Part shown: positions 10,072 to 22,349 of the stretch, piece after piece
How the letters are laid out: every line of letters starts with the position of its first letter
Position numbering within the stretch: position 1 is the stretch's first letter
Notes under the pieces: model-generated
Database searches by the model: none
Seen by the model: only the letters and a program-made list of their open reading frames with translations
What the model was told of the DNA's origin: nothing
Made by a program: the position numbers and the translations under genes
Assembly (NCBI GenBank): GCA_024626585.2
Contig: JANKJI020000002.1
Span: 89,053,145 to 89,078,526, forward strand
Direction of reading: 5' to 3'
From: Ginkgo biloba
Lineage: Eukaryota > Plantae > Ginkgophyta
DNA: 25,382 nucleotides

Positions 10072-10729
10072 AGGAGAAGAGCGAAGTTTAAGGAGACGAT
10101 AGGTCATGTCTTTGTACGTGAATGGTAGAAAGTTAACCATAAGGTTAGAGTTTGGAGTTTTTACTCTTGTAACCCAAATGGTTTTGCTATTGTAAATAAC
10201 TCGAAGGGGTCCTAGGTAAGCCACATGGGATACTACCATTGGCCCAAAGAGCCTTAAGCCACTCACAAAGTGACCAAGAAAAACTCTAGTTAGGGCCATG
10301 ATGACACCTCTAAAGAAGGAGCAACAACAAATATTATTAGAGACAGTGACCATGAAAGTTCTATGTGTAGCAACCAATGTAATAAAAATGATGCATACAC
10401 AATAGCAAGGCACTCAAATGACACCAAACTACTATAATTGTGAAACCTCTTACCATCACTTTATTATGACTAGGCAACCTCACCACAGAAACAAAAGGAA
10501 TCATGGGAGGCCTAAAAGCCCACCACCTTACTTGAATTGGAGTGTGATAAGAAACTCTCAATCTTTGAAGACAGTTTAGACTGACTAAATGTGATGTTAA
10601 CGACTATGTTGATTGGAAACCACTATTCACAGCCTATGTTATCCAATTGTTGGTCAATGAACTGGTATAGGAAATTAGGTGGCCTAAGTATGGTAAGATG
10701 ATTGAGACATGAAAAGAAAAAGAAAAAGC

Positions 10730-11030
10730 ATCATTGTCTGAGCCAAAATTGATTTCACTAAAAAATCTCAAAATGCATGGCTACCAGATGCATCTAAAAT
10801 TTGATAGGTATATTTGATTCATGAAGAATTACGTGTGAAAAATTCTTAAAGGCCTCAAAGACATCACTCACAAGCTACAGTTGTGGAATTTGAGGGTTGT
10901 TTGTGACCAGAAAACAATTTATGATTTTTATATTCACAACCTCTAAGGAAAAAATTGCCACCAACAAAGCTAAGCAACAACTAGCAGAGCTTCAACAAAG
11001 ATTCAACTCAGTTACCAAGAGCTGGGCGTA
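10730..11030 (+). pseudogene. Possible L1-type LINE ORF2 relic (endonuclease-RT linker)
   Basis: Fragments in different frames (DFTKKSQNAW; KILKGLKDITHKLQLWN; KEKIATNKAKQQLAELQQR) resemble the plant L1 linker pattern F..V..W...KLK.LK..LK.WN....L..LQ. Recognised by eye only. Confidence 0.3.
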
Positions 11031-11309
11031 AGAATGAATAAAGGAACAGGTCCTAGTACATGATACGACACTTTTCCAAATTCTAGGATACGGTGAATTT
11101 TAGTCAAGAAAGCATGCATACTAAGAACATGAAATTGGATGTGGAATATGAAATTGGATGTGTCACATAAACGGTAAAATATTTGTATTCTTAAAATAAT
11201 TTTGCAAGCTTTCTTTTTATGCTTGAAATCTTGCATGAAGGGTCAAGTGTTTCTTTTCCCTACTTCAAGTCACTCATGTTTTTATTTTTGTTTTCTTTTC
11301 AAATATCAG

Positions 11310-11444
11310 GTAAAAGACAAAAACAAAAGGACATTTTTAGGCAGGAAATGACTAGGATAAGACTGTCATTTGCACCTGTACAGGATATGGTTGGGATATG
11401 GAGAGAGACATTTTTGAGTTGTACCTGTTCCTGAGCTGTTTCAG
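11310..11444 (+). other. Candidate exon, 135 nt, closed in all three frames
   Basis: Preceded by a long T-rich tract ending in tcag and followed by CAG/gtatg. All three frames contain stops. Confidence 0.35.
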
Positions 11445-14312
11445 GTATGNNNNNNNNNNNNNNNNNNNNNNTGATAGGAGATCCAGTGAAATCACCGAAG
11501 AACTGGGTTATAGGATTAGCAATTGAGCCAAATCAACTACAGTGTAATGTGGAAATTACCTAAACATCAGTTTGGCATCAAGGGAAAATATAAAGGATGT
11601 AACAAAAAAATTACTGCTTAGTTCAATACATGAAATATAATCATGTATCCATCCCTCGGAGGATGAACATCTATTGCAGGAATACATAGCAAGCTCAAGA
11701 AGCCAATTATTGCCAATTTCAACCAACTTCAAAAGGAGAGAGCATGGCCCNNNNNNNNNNNNNNTTGAAAATTTTGTAAAAATGCCAGCCATTGGATTTG
11801 GGAGAACTTGACTTGAGCAAGGACAATGGAGGCATGTGAGATATATGCCTTGTTATTTTAATCCTTGGACTTGGAGGAATAAGATGAACAACAGGTGGAA
11901 AGATCAGCTAAAGTATAATGATTCAAGAGTTCTAGACTCTCGGTTGCAAGGATAGGTCGTCAGGTAATTAGCCAGTTGCAGCAGCACTGTATTCATTGTT
12001 AGCAAAGTGTTTAGGATGTCATTTGCAAGCTCAGATTGCTAGTTGTTTGCCAGATTCAAGGTGGTTGGTTGTAATAGGTATGAGCTGCTCGTCAACTGAA
12101 ATGGTCTAACTCACTCTTATTNNNNNNNNNNNNNNNNNNNNNNNNNNNNNNNNNNNNNNNNNNNNNNNNNNNNNNNAATTTTTGAAGCAACTCATCTCTT
12201 CACCTTGTATATATGCAAAGGAATCTGGTATATTCAATAATCAATCATTCAATATTCCTAACCACTAGACATTGTATCTTGACATTCAGATTGAATAATT
12301 GGAGCAATTGTGAGTGTAACTCCAAGTTATCCTATTCATATGCCATGAGATACAATTGGTTGTGCCAGTCCATGTCTATTATGTTTCTTTATTATAAGGG
12401 AAAGCTTTTGAATCTTGATGCATAATGGCAAGTATGCATCCTCTCTATTTATGTACTAGCATGTGTGATATGGTAGTGGATGTTTCAATGCTATAGTCTA
12501 CACTCCAATAATGTCTCTAGTTCTTAAAACAGGTATAGTAAATTTCAGTACAATTGGTCAGTCAACAAGTGACAAATAACAGGAACCAATTTTCAAGAGG
12601 TTGCAGTGGTTGTATGCGTATGTTGTAGTTGAAGATTACTACGGGGTTACTGGTATGAATAATGCACAGATAAGCTGTTCAGCCGGAAATGATTTTGGGA
12701 TTTGGAGATTGTGGTGATGGAAGTATTCATCTTTGTACAAACAGACGATAGAGTGACTACATATATGTCAGGTGTGAAAGGCTGTTGTTGGGATACTATA
12801 GGATCTGGTTGAGCTCATTATTTGACAGCAGGCCTATTACATATCAGACTGAAGGTTATGACACTTTGAACTTTAGATAAGACATAACCAAGGAATGAAA
12901 GAGGCAGGAAAAGTATGTCAAGCCAAAATGATGGATTGTTTGTTCTCTCTCATGGTTAGGCTCAATTAAAGGTGCTTTAAGCAGCAGCAATGTAATAGTG
13001 TTTGTGACTTATACGGACAACTAGGAATAAATTGCATTCTAATTCACAAAAAACTTCAATGGCAATGGTTTGCCTATTTTTGGTTCTCAAAATTAAGAAC
13101 AGAATATTTTAGATCTTCTAATTAGATAGATGTGGCCACTCAGTTTTCAATGTGCCAATCCATGTTAAGAAATTAATGTTCTCCTTATATATANNNNNNN
13201 NNNNNNNNNNNNNNNNNNNNNNNNNNNNNNNNNNNNNNNNNNNNNNNNNNNNNNNNNNNNNNNNNNNNNNNNNNNNNNNNNNNNNNNNNNNNNNNNNNNN
13301 NNNNNNNNNNNNNNNNNNNNNNNNNNNNNNNNNNNNNNNNNNNNNNNNNNNNNNNNNNNNNNNNNNNNNNNNNNNNNNNNNNNNNNNNNNNNNNNNNNNN
13401 NNNNNNNNNNNNNNNNNNNNNNNNNNNNNNNNNNNNNNNNNNNNNNNNNNNNNNNNNNNNNNNNNNNNNNNNNNNNNNNNNNNNNNNNNNNNNNNNNNNN
13501 NNNNNNNNNNNNNNNNNNNNNNNNNNNNNNNNNNNNNNNNNNNNNNNNNNNNNNNNNNNNNNNNNNNNNNNNNNNNNNNNNNNNNNNNNNNNNNNNNNNN
13601 NNNNNNNNNNNNNNNNNNNNNNNNNNNNNNNNNNNNNNNNNNNNNNNNNNNNNNNNNNNNNNNNNNNNNNNNNNNNNNNNNNNNNNNNNNNNNNNNNNNN
13701 NNNNNNNNNNNNNNNNNNNNNNNNNNNNNNNNNNNNNNNNNNNNNNNNNNNNNNNNNNNNNNNNNNNNNNNNNNNNNNNNNNNNNNNNNNNNNNNNNNNN
13801 NNNNNNNNNNNNNNNNNNNTCCTGAACGGTTTTATTTAAAAGTATATTGGTACCGGGAGCTGCTGCTCGTAAGTTATTTCAAATTTATATGCTTCAAGAG
13901 CAGATGGGGGAGTTTTGTTGGATTTCCCAAACGGTTTTCTTTAGAAGTATATTAGTACTGGCTCCCACCTAACTTCACGCCTGTTGTTCTTATTATGCCA
14001 TTCCTAACCTCCATTTTTTACACTACCTATTAGAAATCCTGCAAATTTATCTGTCATCATCTAAGGACCTGCAATAGTTTGCATATTCATAGGTCCATGT
14101 TGCATGGACTTTAGTACCATGCTTCTTTAGAATTCATCTATATGTTTATCAATGGCTCTTTTCATAGCACTACAGCCATTTGCAGTTTTAGCTTTCTCCT
14201 ATTGGAATTGGTTGTATTTAAACTGGACACTCCTAGCTTGCAGACTGCCATTGCACCGGTAATATAATACCTGTATTTGACATTTTAAATGCATTTTGTC
14301 TTTGTTGGACAG

Positions 14313-14472
14313 GTTGAAACAATGTCAAGAACATGGCATTTGGATGAAAACAAAAAGAGAGCAATCGGTGCTGAATTCGCCCAAGGCCTTGGTATGAAGG
14401 AACCAAATGGTGAAGGGAAAGGTCACTGAAATTGTTTGATTCTTTGAAAGTATTGTGATATACTGCGTGCTG
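14313..14472 (+). other. Candidate late or terminal exon
   Basis: Acceptor ttttgtctttgttggacag, upstream donor gtaagt at 13869 and downstream TG/gtaagt at 14473. Phase 0 reads VETMSRTWHLDENKKRAIGAEFAQGLGMKEPNGEGKGH* (stop 14427-14429). T-rich sequence follows, with overlapping AATAAA at 14782-14791. Confidence 0.35.
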
Positions 14473-14827
14473 GTAAGTTTGGATGTTAGTTGGATATCCA
14501 TTGAGTGTATATAGGACTATTCATTAATCCGGAGTTCTTGTTTACTCGTATTCTTGATGCCCGTNNNNNNNNNNATGTGATTATGAAATCAAACATGACT
14601 TTTGTTGTATTAATTTTTCCTGTCGTGGTTTTTTTCTTTGTCATCCTTAAGTTACTACTTAGCTTTCTTTTGGAAAATACGAACTACTCTATAAGGCATT
14701 TTGTGAATAGTTTATTGGATCCGTGGGTCGCTTGTACATATTATTGTGTAACCTAAAATTTTAGGTAGTGTTTACTCAGTTAATAAATAAATATGATAAT
14801 ACAATTAGATCCCCTTAGGTTCATTAA

Positions 14828-15220
14828 TGTAGGAGGGGTAAAAAAGGTCTCATAAGACTCAACTCCTATAACACCTATGGCTTCCCTTCCTGATCACCAA
14901 CCCCACCTTCTATCTAGGATCACTCGAATGGAGGAGCCAACGCTATTGGCTTAGGATCACAACAAAGAGCACACCCATAGGGATATCACTACGGTAATTA
15001 CTTACCTATTCACACCTTATCAAAATAATAAACTTATAGCTCACATAAAAGGAAAAATACACAAAAAATGCAATAATTTAATGAGCACCACCAAGATGAT
15101 TACAACACAACACCATTTTTAACTTGAGAAACCCTCATGAGGAATAAAACTTGAGGTGTATTCCATAAAAAAGAATAATGAGAATTACATCCTCTTTTAT
15201 AGAAATTCCTCTACAACCTC
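14828..15220 (-). mobile_element. LTR-like terminal fragment
   Basis: Begins TGTAGG (an ...ACA end on the minus strand). Contains tttttaacttgagaaaccctcatgaggaataaaact (from 15116), similar to tttttaactggggaaaccctcttggggaaagaaact (from 1059) in the first LTR. Confidence 0.45.
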
Positions 15221-16794
15221 NNNNNNNNNNNNNNNNNNNNNNNNNNNNNNNNNNNNNNNNNNNNNNNNNNNNNNNNNNNNNNNNNNNNNNNNNNNNNNNN
15301 NNNNNNNNNNNNNNNNNNNNATGAAGCAAAGAATGTTCAATATATGTCTGTGCATGCATCCTCAAATATAAATTTAAATGGCCTTATATGCATATAGCTT
15401 TTTAAAAAATGGAGACGTGTTATATTCACAGACATGATGGTAATTAGCCCACTAAAGACAAGTATGCGATTGTGTGTTATGTTCACAAAGAGGATTGCTA
15501 GTCCTCCACTAAACTTAGGAAAGCGGGCAGAACTGCCAATGTCTTGTGCTACAAAAGTAGACAAATGTAATGATCCCTGAAAAGCATAGAATATTCTATG
15601 CAACATGCATGTGGAACAAAACTATTAAAATGCTAAATAATTTTGGCCAAGTGTAGATATGGTTATGTTGTTTAGTAGCACATTATGGATGTTATATGTG
15701 GTTACGATCAAGAATGTGTATTATATGAGTAGAATATAAGCCATGTCACACTCACATCCCTAAATCTACAAAGAAGACTACCGGAGCCTTAATAAGGTAA
15801 TGTAAAATATTCATTGTTGCCANNNNNNNNNNNNNNNNNNNNNNNNNNNNNNNNNNNNNNNNNNNNNNNNNNNNNNNNNNNNNNNNNNNNNNNNNNNNNN
15901 NNNNNTGTATAAATAACGTTGTAAGTAGAAAAAGTTATATTTGAAAATTTATCATTTATGCAAAACTTAACACCAATGCTTATAATAGTAAAGCTTAATA
16001 TGTGATCCTTCCAATAAAAGATGCATGTTAAAATGTGAACTAAATATAATTATTGATGTGAATTTCCCTTGCTTTGTTTTCCACTAATTGTTAGCATGCC
16101 ATCATCCATAGTACTTATGACATANNNNNNNNNNNNNNNNNNNNNCCTTGGGGCGCATATGGTTAGGCCGTACCTATTACTAAGTTGAACATTTCCATTG
16201 AAGGAATCTGACATCACCAAATGCTATGTGTTTGTGTTTCCATGTATAAGAGATATGCATGTATGCTTAATAGTAAAAATCAATTTTCTATCTATTTCAT
16301 GTATAGAAATAATAATTGAGACTTATAATTTACATGCATGCTTAAATGGATGTGTATACTACATGGCATACATTCATAAGATAGTATGAACTTTTGATAA
16401 TAAGCTCATTTTACATGGATTCATTAATTTCCCAGGGAATTTGTTTCGACAATGCAGAGTAATAAAGGTGGTGAAAATATATTTTCAAAATAATCAAGGA
16501 TTTGTTGTGAAATTTTTGTTGAGACCAAATAGAGAATATGTTTTACAAAAAAACAATTTAAAAACAACTATGTGGGAGCCATCCTTGAATTTGCTCAACA
16601 TGCAATCAACAAGACATTAATAATGTGGCATCCTACCTAGCCAAGGTTGCACTTGTTTTTGAAATTACTTATCAACACAATCATCAAATAGATGTTCAAG
16701 CAACATAAGAAAAATGAGCAATAGAACTATTAGTAGAAGGTGAGAAAGAGGCACTTCTTAATGTGTTAACAAAGTGTTGACAGTGCAAGACAAT

Positions 16795-17054
16795 CATTCG
16801 TTGGATTTGGTGGGTTATTCGCCAAAAGAATATACAACGCTCGTCAAACTATAGAATCCATTCGCCGAAGGTAGCTTCCATAGAAGATCGTTTGTTAAAA
16901 ACTTCATTGTCGTTTGTTGAAGGAAGCACCTATAGAAAATCGTTCATTGAAATTCCCTCCCCGTTCATTGAATTGCACTTCATTTGTCGAACAACAAAGT
17001 TGTCTGTTAAAAATCTTAACAAATGTTCATTGATAGTTATCATTGTTCGTTGAT
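16795..17054. repeat. 12-copy array of an 11-bp motif (consensus CGTTCGTCGAA) with short variable spacers, probably an LTR U3 region
   Basis: Copies start at 16795, 16816, 16838, 16859, 16889, 16911, 16941, 16962, 16981, 17001, 17024 and 17044. Most variation is CG to TG or CA. Confidence 0.8.
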
Positions 17055-17593
17055 TGTTAAGAGGACTGTAACTAGAATTAGTTAATATTAATTATGGGGC
17101 ATACTCCTTGAATTATAACATCACCTCTTTTGAGGCTCATAACCTTTTGGCATGTACTTATTGTAAGCCATTTTGAGGCAAAGCATTCATCAATCGAATG
17201 TGATCTTCTATTTAAAGCAATATACATTCTATTTTATCTTTTGTCATAACGAGCAAGTATTTCAGTTTTGTGACAAGAAGTTTTTTATTATATGAGAGTT
17301 GCTTTTCAGTAATTACTTTTTTATGACTTGATACACATAATTGTTATGATTTTGTGGAGCTTTGGTCATCACAGTCAATGGTTCCAACCACTCTAACATA
17401 GCGTTATTGGTGAGAGTAATAGCCTTGCTGATGAACTATCACNNNNNNNNNNNNNNNNNNNNNNNNNNNNNNNNNNNNNNNNNNNNNNNNNNNNNNNNNN
17501 NNNNNNNNNNNNNNNNNNNNNNNNNNNNNNNNNNNNNNNNNNTTTATCCCCTTTTTTATAATTTTTCATTAAAAAATATTTTTTTGGGGTTTT

Positions 17594-17682
17594 GTGGGCC
17601 AATGAGATAAAAATGAGAAAATATCCAAATTCAACTATTTGAATTTGACGATTTTCTCATGGAATATTCTTATGGGGCCCAC
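17594..17682. repeat. Imperfect inverted repeat (hairpin)
   Basis: atgagaaaat-atc-caaattcaa [ctat] ttgaatttg-acg-attttctcat (17613-17660), flanked by gtgggcc (17594-17600) and ggcccac (17676-17682). Confidence 0.85.
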
Positions 17683-17932
17683 GACCTTGCTAATTATTTT
17701 TATTTTTTTAAAAAAATCCTTTTTAATTTTTTTTTTTGTGATGCCCTATTTAGTACTCTGTTCACTAAAAAACACACAATATACAATGTAAGTGCACACT
17801 TTAAATTTATGCATTTCCATAGTATTCTATTGTTCTCTGCACATTTCCATGGTATGATAGAGATTTTTAGCAAAATTTAGTTTTTTAAGTGATTTGTTTT
17901 GAATTCTAATCAAAATTTAATTACTTTTACAG

Positions 17933-18961
17933 GAGCTAGTCAACATCACAAATAGAAAATGATCCAATGATGAACTTCATGGCATATATCTTGAATTAAA
18001 TGATAGGGAGAAAGTAGTCCTATGATCGTGTGGTTTAGGGAGATCATACTAAGTCATATCAATTCAACACAAATCATAGAGTTAGTCCATCATTGGGACG
18101 TAGCACACCAGGCCTTCATTCTTCCCACATTTAGTGATATGTGAATTGCATGGTATGATACATTCCACATTACAGATGTTAGTAGAACTAGAGATATAGT
18201 GGCTCTTGGGACATGCCAGTTGAGTTAAGCATGTATTTATTTAGCTAGCTATAGTGATACTTCCTTGATTGTACATTATGGGATCACTACTTTAGTTCTT
18301 TGAGAGGATATAGTCCTTCATCTGAGATGAATTATTTCCATAGCCATCATCTAGAAGATATCATATGGTCAAAACTTTGATGGCATTTCAGTTTCATGGG
18401 TTTCCATTATCCAGAGATGTGTGGCCAGTGAGAGATTTGACTGGGCTTCTTATACATTGGATGGCTTGAGATCTTAGTGGGATGGTATCATATAGTGAGG
18501 GACATGCAACCTAAGCTACTCCTCCTTAGTGCTCTCATGGATTTTTGAGCATTTTCATGCCTTCTAGCCAAGTATTTCTCTAGCTATGTTACTATGGGTT
18601 AATGATCCTACCATGTTAATATGAAAAATGGCTTCATAGGGCTCTCCACGACACGCTTCTCACAGGAGAAAGGGAGGAGCCCATGTTGCACTCGCACAAC
18701 TAGATATCAATGAGTAGACCAGACAACCATACTAGGGGATACACTGGGATTCAAATGATGAGGCTATTGAGTTACATGATGCCCCTAAGCATGGGCATAA
18801 GGAGTATACTCCTGAGTATGGACAAGAGGAGAAGAGAGAGGAGGAGTGATTAGTAGAAGAAATATATTCCACCCATCAGGCTATTATAAAATAAGGAGGA
18901 TTACCTCCATCAGATGCACTTAGCTTGAGCAAACCACCAGTCGATGTGGCCTCTTCTTCAA
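17933..18961 (+). pseudogene. Plant Mobile Domain (PMD; aminotransferase-like, MAIN-like) pseudogene, probably transposon-borne
   Basis: After the acceptor ttacttttacag it reads ELVNITNRK*...LNDREKVVL*SCGL. A single frame from 18070 then reads QIIELVHHWDVAHQAFILPTFSDM*IAWYDTFHITDV...RFDWASYTL...SSLVLSWIFEHF...LAQLDINE*TRQPY. This matches the PMD motifs ALVERW...TFHLP.GEMTITL.DV, YxWGxAxL, LLQxWxxEHF and VxWxPY in order. An acidic tail follows. Confidence 0.8.
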
Positions 18962-21638
18962 GTAAATCACTCCAACAATGTATTTAAAAAAAATTTAAAA
19001 TTCATTTTTTATGTNNNNNNNNNNNNNNNNNNNNNNNNNNNNNNNNNNNNNNNNNNNNNNNNNNNNNNNNNNNNNNNNNNNNNNNNNNNNNNNNNNNNNN
19101 NNNNNNNNNNNNNNTGATCAACATTATGGATATAAAATATTTTATAAAGCACATTCACACTCTAGAAAATAAATCATGGGAGTATCTTTTGTGATATTTT
19201 TAAGATGACATTGTAACAAAGCACTATTACCACATGCACATCATATTTTATTACATGACAGATAATATTTTGTGTATTGTTATTATTATGAAAATTTATT
19301 AATTTATGATTGATCTAAGTAATTGAATCTTAAAGGTTCATTATATATAGTCTAATAACTGAATTGATGACTATTATTGCATTATGATTGGTCAAATTTT
19401 AATATTGGTAAACACTTCATATTAAAAGTGCACTAAAAAAAATCAAGATAGTTTCTTATCACCAACGTGTATACTTGTACTTCTAATTGATGAGGAGACA
19501 CAATTCAAAAGTGTTCACATAGCTAAGCATTAGACATTGTAATAATATAACTTAACATTAACTATATCCATATAACTTCCAAAGAATACATAAAAAAGAG
19601 GATGAATTATTTAGCAAGAAAAAATAATGGCATAAATTTATATTGGGGATTAGCATACAACAAAAATATAATGAAGTTTAACTACTGCCTTAAATTTAAC
19701 CTCTTTACATAGCCTAATCTTCTTAACTAAGACTCATAAATTACATGAAAAAATAAATGGGATAACATTGCACTTAATGAAATCTTATGAAGTTAAACAG
19801 TAGGATAAATGCTTTTCTTTAAACTGGAAACATGTAGCTTTGTATTTTCTAGGCCTCGTAGAGTGTCAATGTTATTATAGTGACCCAAATGGGTTCCACT
19901 ATTAAAATATAACTCTAAATGGTATAAAATATAGAGGTACAATATAAAATACAAAATAGATGCATAATATAGCCAATGTCCATGTCAAAAAATTATAATT
20001 TCATACTATAGAGAACATAAATCATAGTGGGGCCCTCCTAAGACCAAGAAAAAATTAAGTAACTAACTTGAGTCTAAAATATCAAAAGGGAGAAGAAGCT
20101 TAAATTAATATCAATATCAAANNNNNNNNNNNNNNNNNNNNNNNNNNNNNNNNNNNNNNNNNNNNNNNNNNNNNNNNNNNNNNNNNNNNNNNNNNNNNNN
20201 NNNNNNNNNNNNNNNNNNNNNCCAAGATTGCAAATAGGTCCCCTTTTACATAAGTTATCCTAATCATGATAAAAATAGGGCCAATAAATACTTTATCCTA
20301 TATTGAGATATATTCTATCTTCACCTAGTTACATAAAGGTTCCCAATACTACCCTTTAGTATACTAATGAAGGATTCTAAATTATCTAATCCTCAATTGG
20401 AACCTTAGGAAGGAATCAATCAACCTAATATTAATCATACATGTTGTATAATTCCATCCCTTTCCTTTATGTATCTAAAAATGATGAGGCCATAATCTCA
20501 TTCATGGATTTATATGATGAAGATTAGGACATTTTTAACCACACAAGTGGTTAGAAACATCATCTATCTATAAATTAGGATTTGTATTATATATACCCTC
20601 CCCATCAAGGTCCTTTTCCCTTATCTATCTTCTAAATGTATAGACATGATATTATTCCATAAGGCGTGGTTGAAGGGAAACTTCCTCTCTCTCCATACAC
20701 GTATAAAGAAGGAAACCTTATTAACATAAAGTAAACTAAGGTAGTTTACCTACCTAGTGGTGACAAATCCTAAAGCATCCCTGAATAAAGGAAGATATAT
20801 AAGGTAGTTGGTCATGCTTGTACCTAGGAAAAGGAAGATATATACATTTATTTATTTAGCGAATTTAAGGATGTATATTCTTCATAGTAAAAAAAAAGGA
20901 TGTATATTCTTAGACTGACAATATTACATACTATTGAATCCAAACTAGACTCTAAGTCAATTAGAGAAAAGCAAAGGCCCTTGAATTACTTAATCATTAA
21001 GGCCACTAAAATGAAAACACAAAAATTATTAGACCTTAACTTCATTTTCCTAAAAATTATGAGACAAAACCATTTGTATAAAACCAATGACATCAAATTA
21101 GATTAGCACAACTCAAGAAGGTAGGTGGTGATAAGCTTTTACCCCTTCAAAATACTAATGCTAACTAAAAGAGGGTCAAAGTCACTTCAAATAAGAGAGT
21201 AAATACAAGAAAATTTAACCTAAGGAACCTTGTTTTGCAATTTGATGAAATAAATAAAACATTAGACCCCAATGACGTATTAGGATTATTTTTGGTCTCT
21301 CACATTATGGAAGAAAATATTAAAAAATAATTCCTATAGGCTAACTTGTATGAATGTATTGCCATTTATAATCTTATCAATTATAGCCAAGTTAAAATAT
21401 TGTATGCCTAAGCTATTTTATCAACCCAACCATTCCTATANNNNNNNNNNNNNNNNNNNNNNNNNNNNNNNNNNNNNNNNNNNNNNNNNNNNNNNNNNNN
21501 NNNNNNNNNNNGTTTACACATTATTATTCTTGTATGTGTTTCTTATTTAGATGGAAAATGAATGAATGTAATATCTTATTTTTCACATTTAGAAATGATA
21601 TTTTAACATTATCATATAAAAACCATCTATGTAAGAAG

Positions 21639-21666
21639 ATATATATATATATTTTGTGTGTGTGTG
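21639..21666. repeat. Compound microsatellite (AT)7-tt-(TG)6
   Basis: Read directly from the sequence. Confidence 0.85.
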
Positions 21667-22349
21667 TACAAAATGATACAATGCAAGCATACCGAATATA
21701 CAATATATGATAAGTAATGCTATTTCTTTCACATACAAATATGCATGGCATGTGCTAATGAGTAAAATTATTAAAAATAATGTTTAAACTTACTTTAAAA
21801 CTAGTCATATGGCACTTTGCATGGCTAAAAGAAGTCGCCTAATTTGACTCTTTTTCCCTACCATAATGACCACTTGAGTAAGGCCATAAATTCTCTCTCT
21901 ATCATAAGTATACATTCTCTAGTAATATCCTTGTTAATGGATCTAGGAGGTCGGGGTGGCACATCGACAATAATAATAAGAATAGAGTGAGATATATGGA
22001 GATTAAATCAAATCAAATAACAAAATAAAGATAGTGTAAAACACACACTCACTAGTAGGAGGACCTATTTCTAATAAGGGTGCTAGTGCCTATGGAAGAT
22101 GTGGGTCATGGGACCATTCTATGCCATGATATATATCCATAAAAATTATATATAACTAATTGTCCCTCCTCAAAATCTCAGAGTTATCTCTTTATAATAC
22201 CCTATGGAGATTCATTTCACACTCCTCAACTAAATACACCTTACATAATGACATCCCATGTATGAAGTCAAGGCATACTTAAATGCACTATTAAAATATC
22301 CCCTTGGGAGTGAAGGCACACTAGTTGCTCATAAGTAAAGCATAAAAGA

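Noticed and set aside
9268-10413. Long track ORFs of 381, 222 and 267 aa (the last at 13152-13955) and other X-containing ORFs
   Set aside because: They are open largely because they read through N runs.
11375-12810. Short peptide resemblances: TGYGWD (Myb/SANT-like), GDGSIHL (WD40-like) and YRIWL occurring twice
   Set aside because: Too short, surrounded by stops and mutually inconsistent, so compatible with chance.
15321-15600. Ulp1/C48 protease-like snippet (KECSIYVCACILKY)
   Set aside because: A single short motif at a gap edge with no other catalytic residues visible.
16795-17054. CRISPR-like repeat-spacer array
   Set aside because: The repeats are only 11 bp and degenerate, the spacers are 8-19 bp and partly duplicated, there are no cas genes, and the context is eukaryotic repeat DNA.
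20787-20911. Paired short direct repeats aaaggaagatatata (x2) and aaggatgtatattctt (x2)
   Set aside because: Real but low-complexity local duplications in AT-rich DNA with no further structure.
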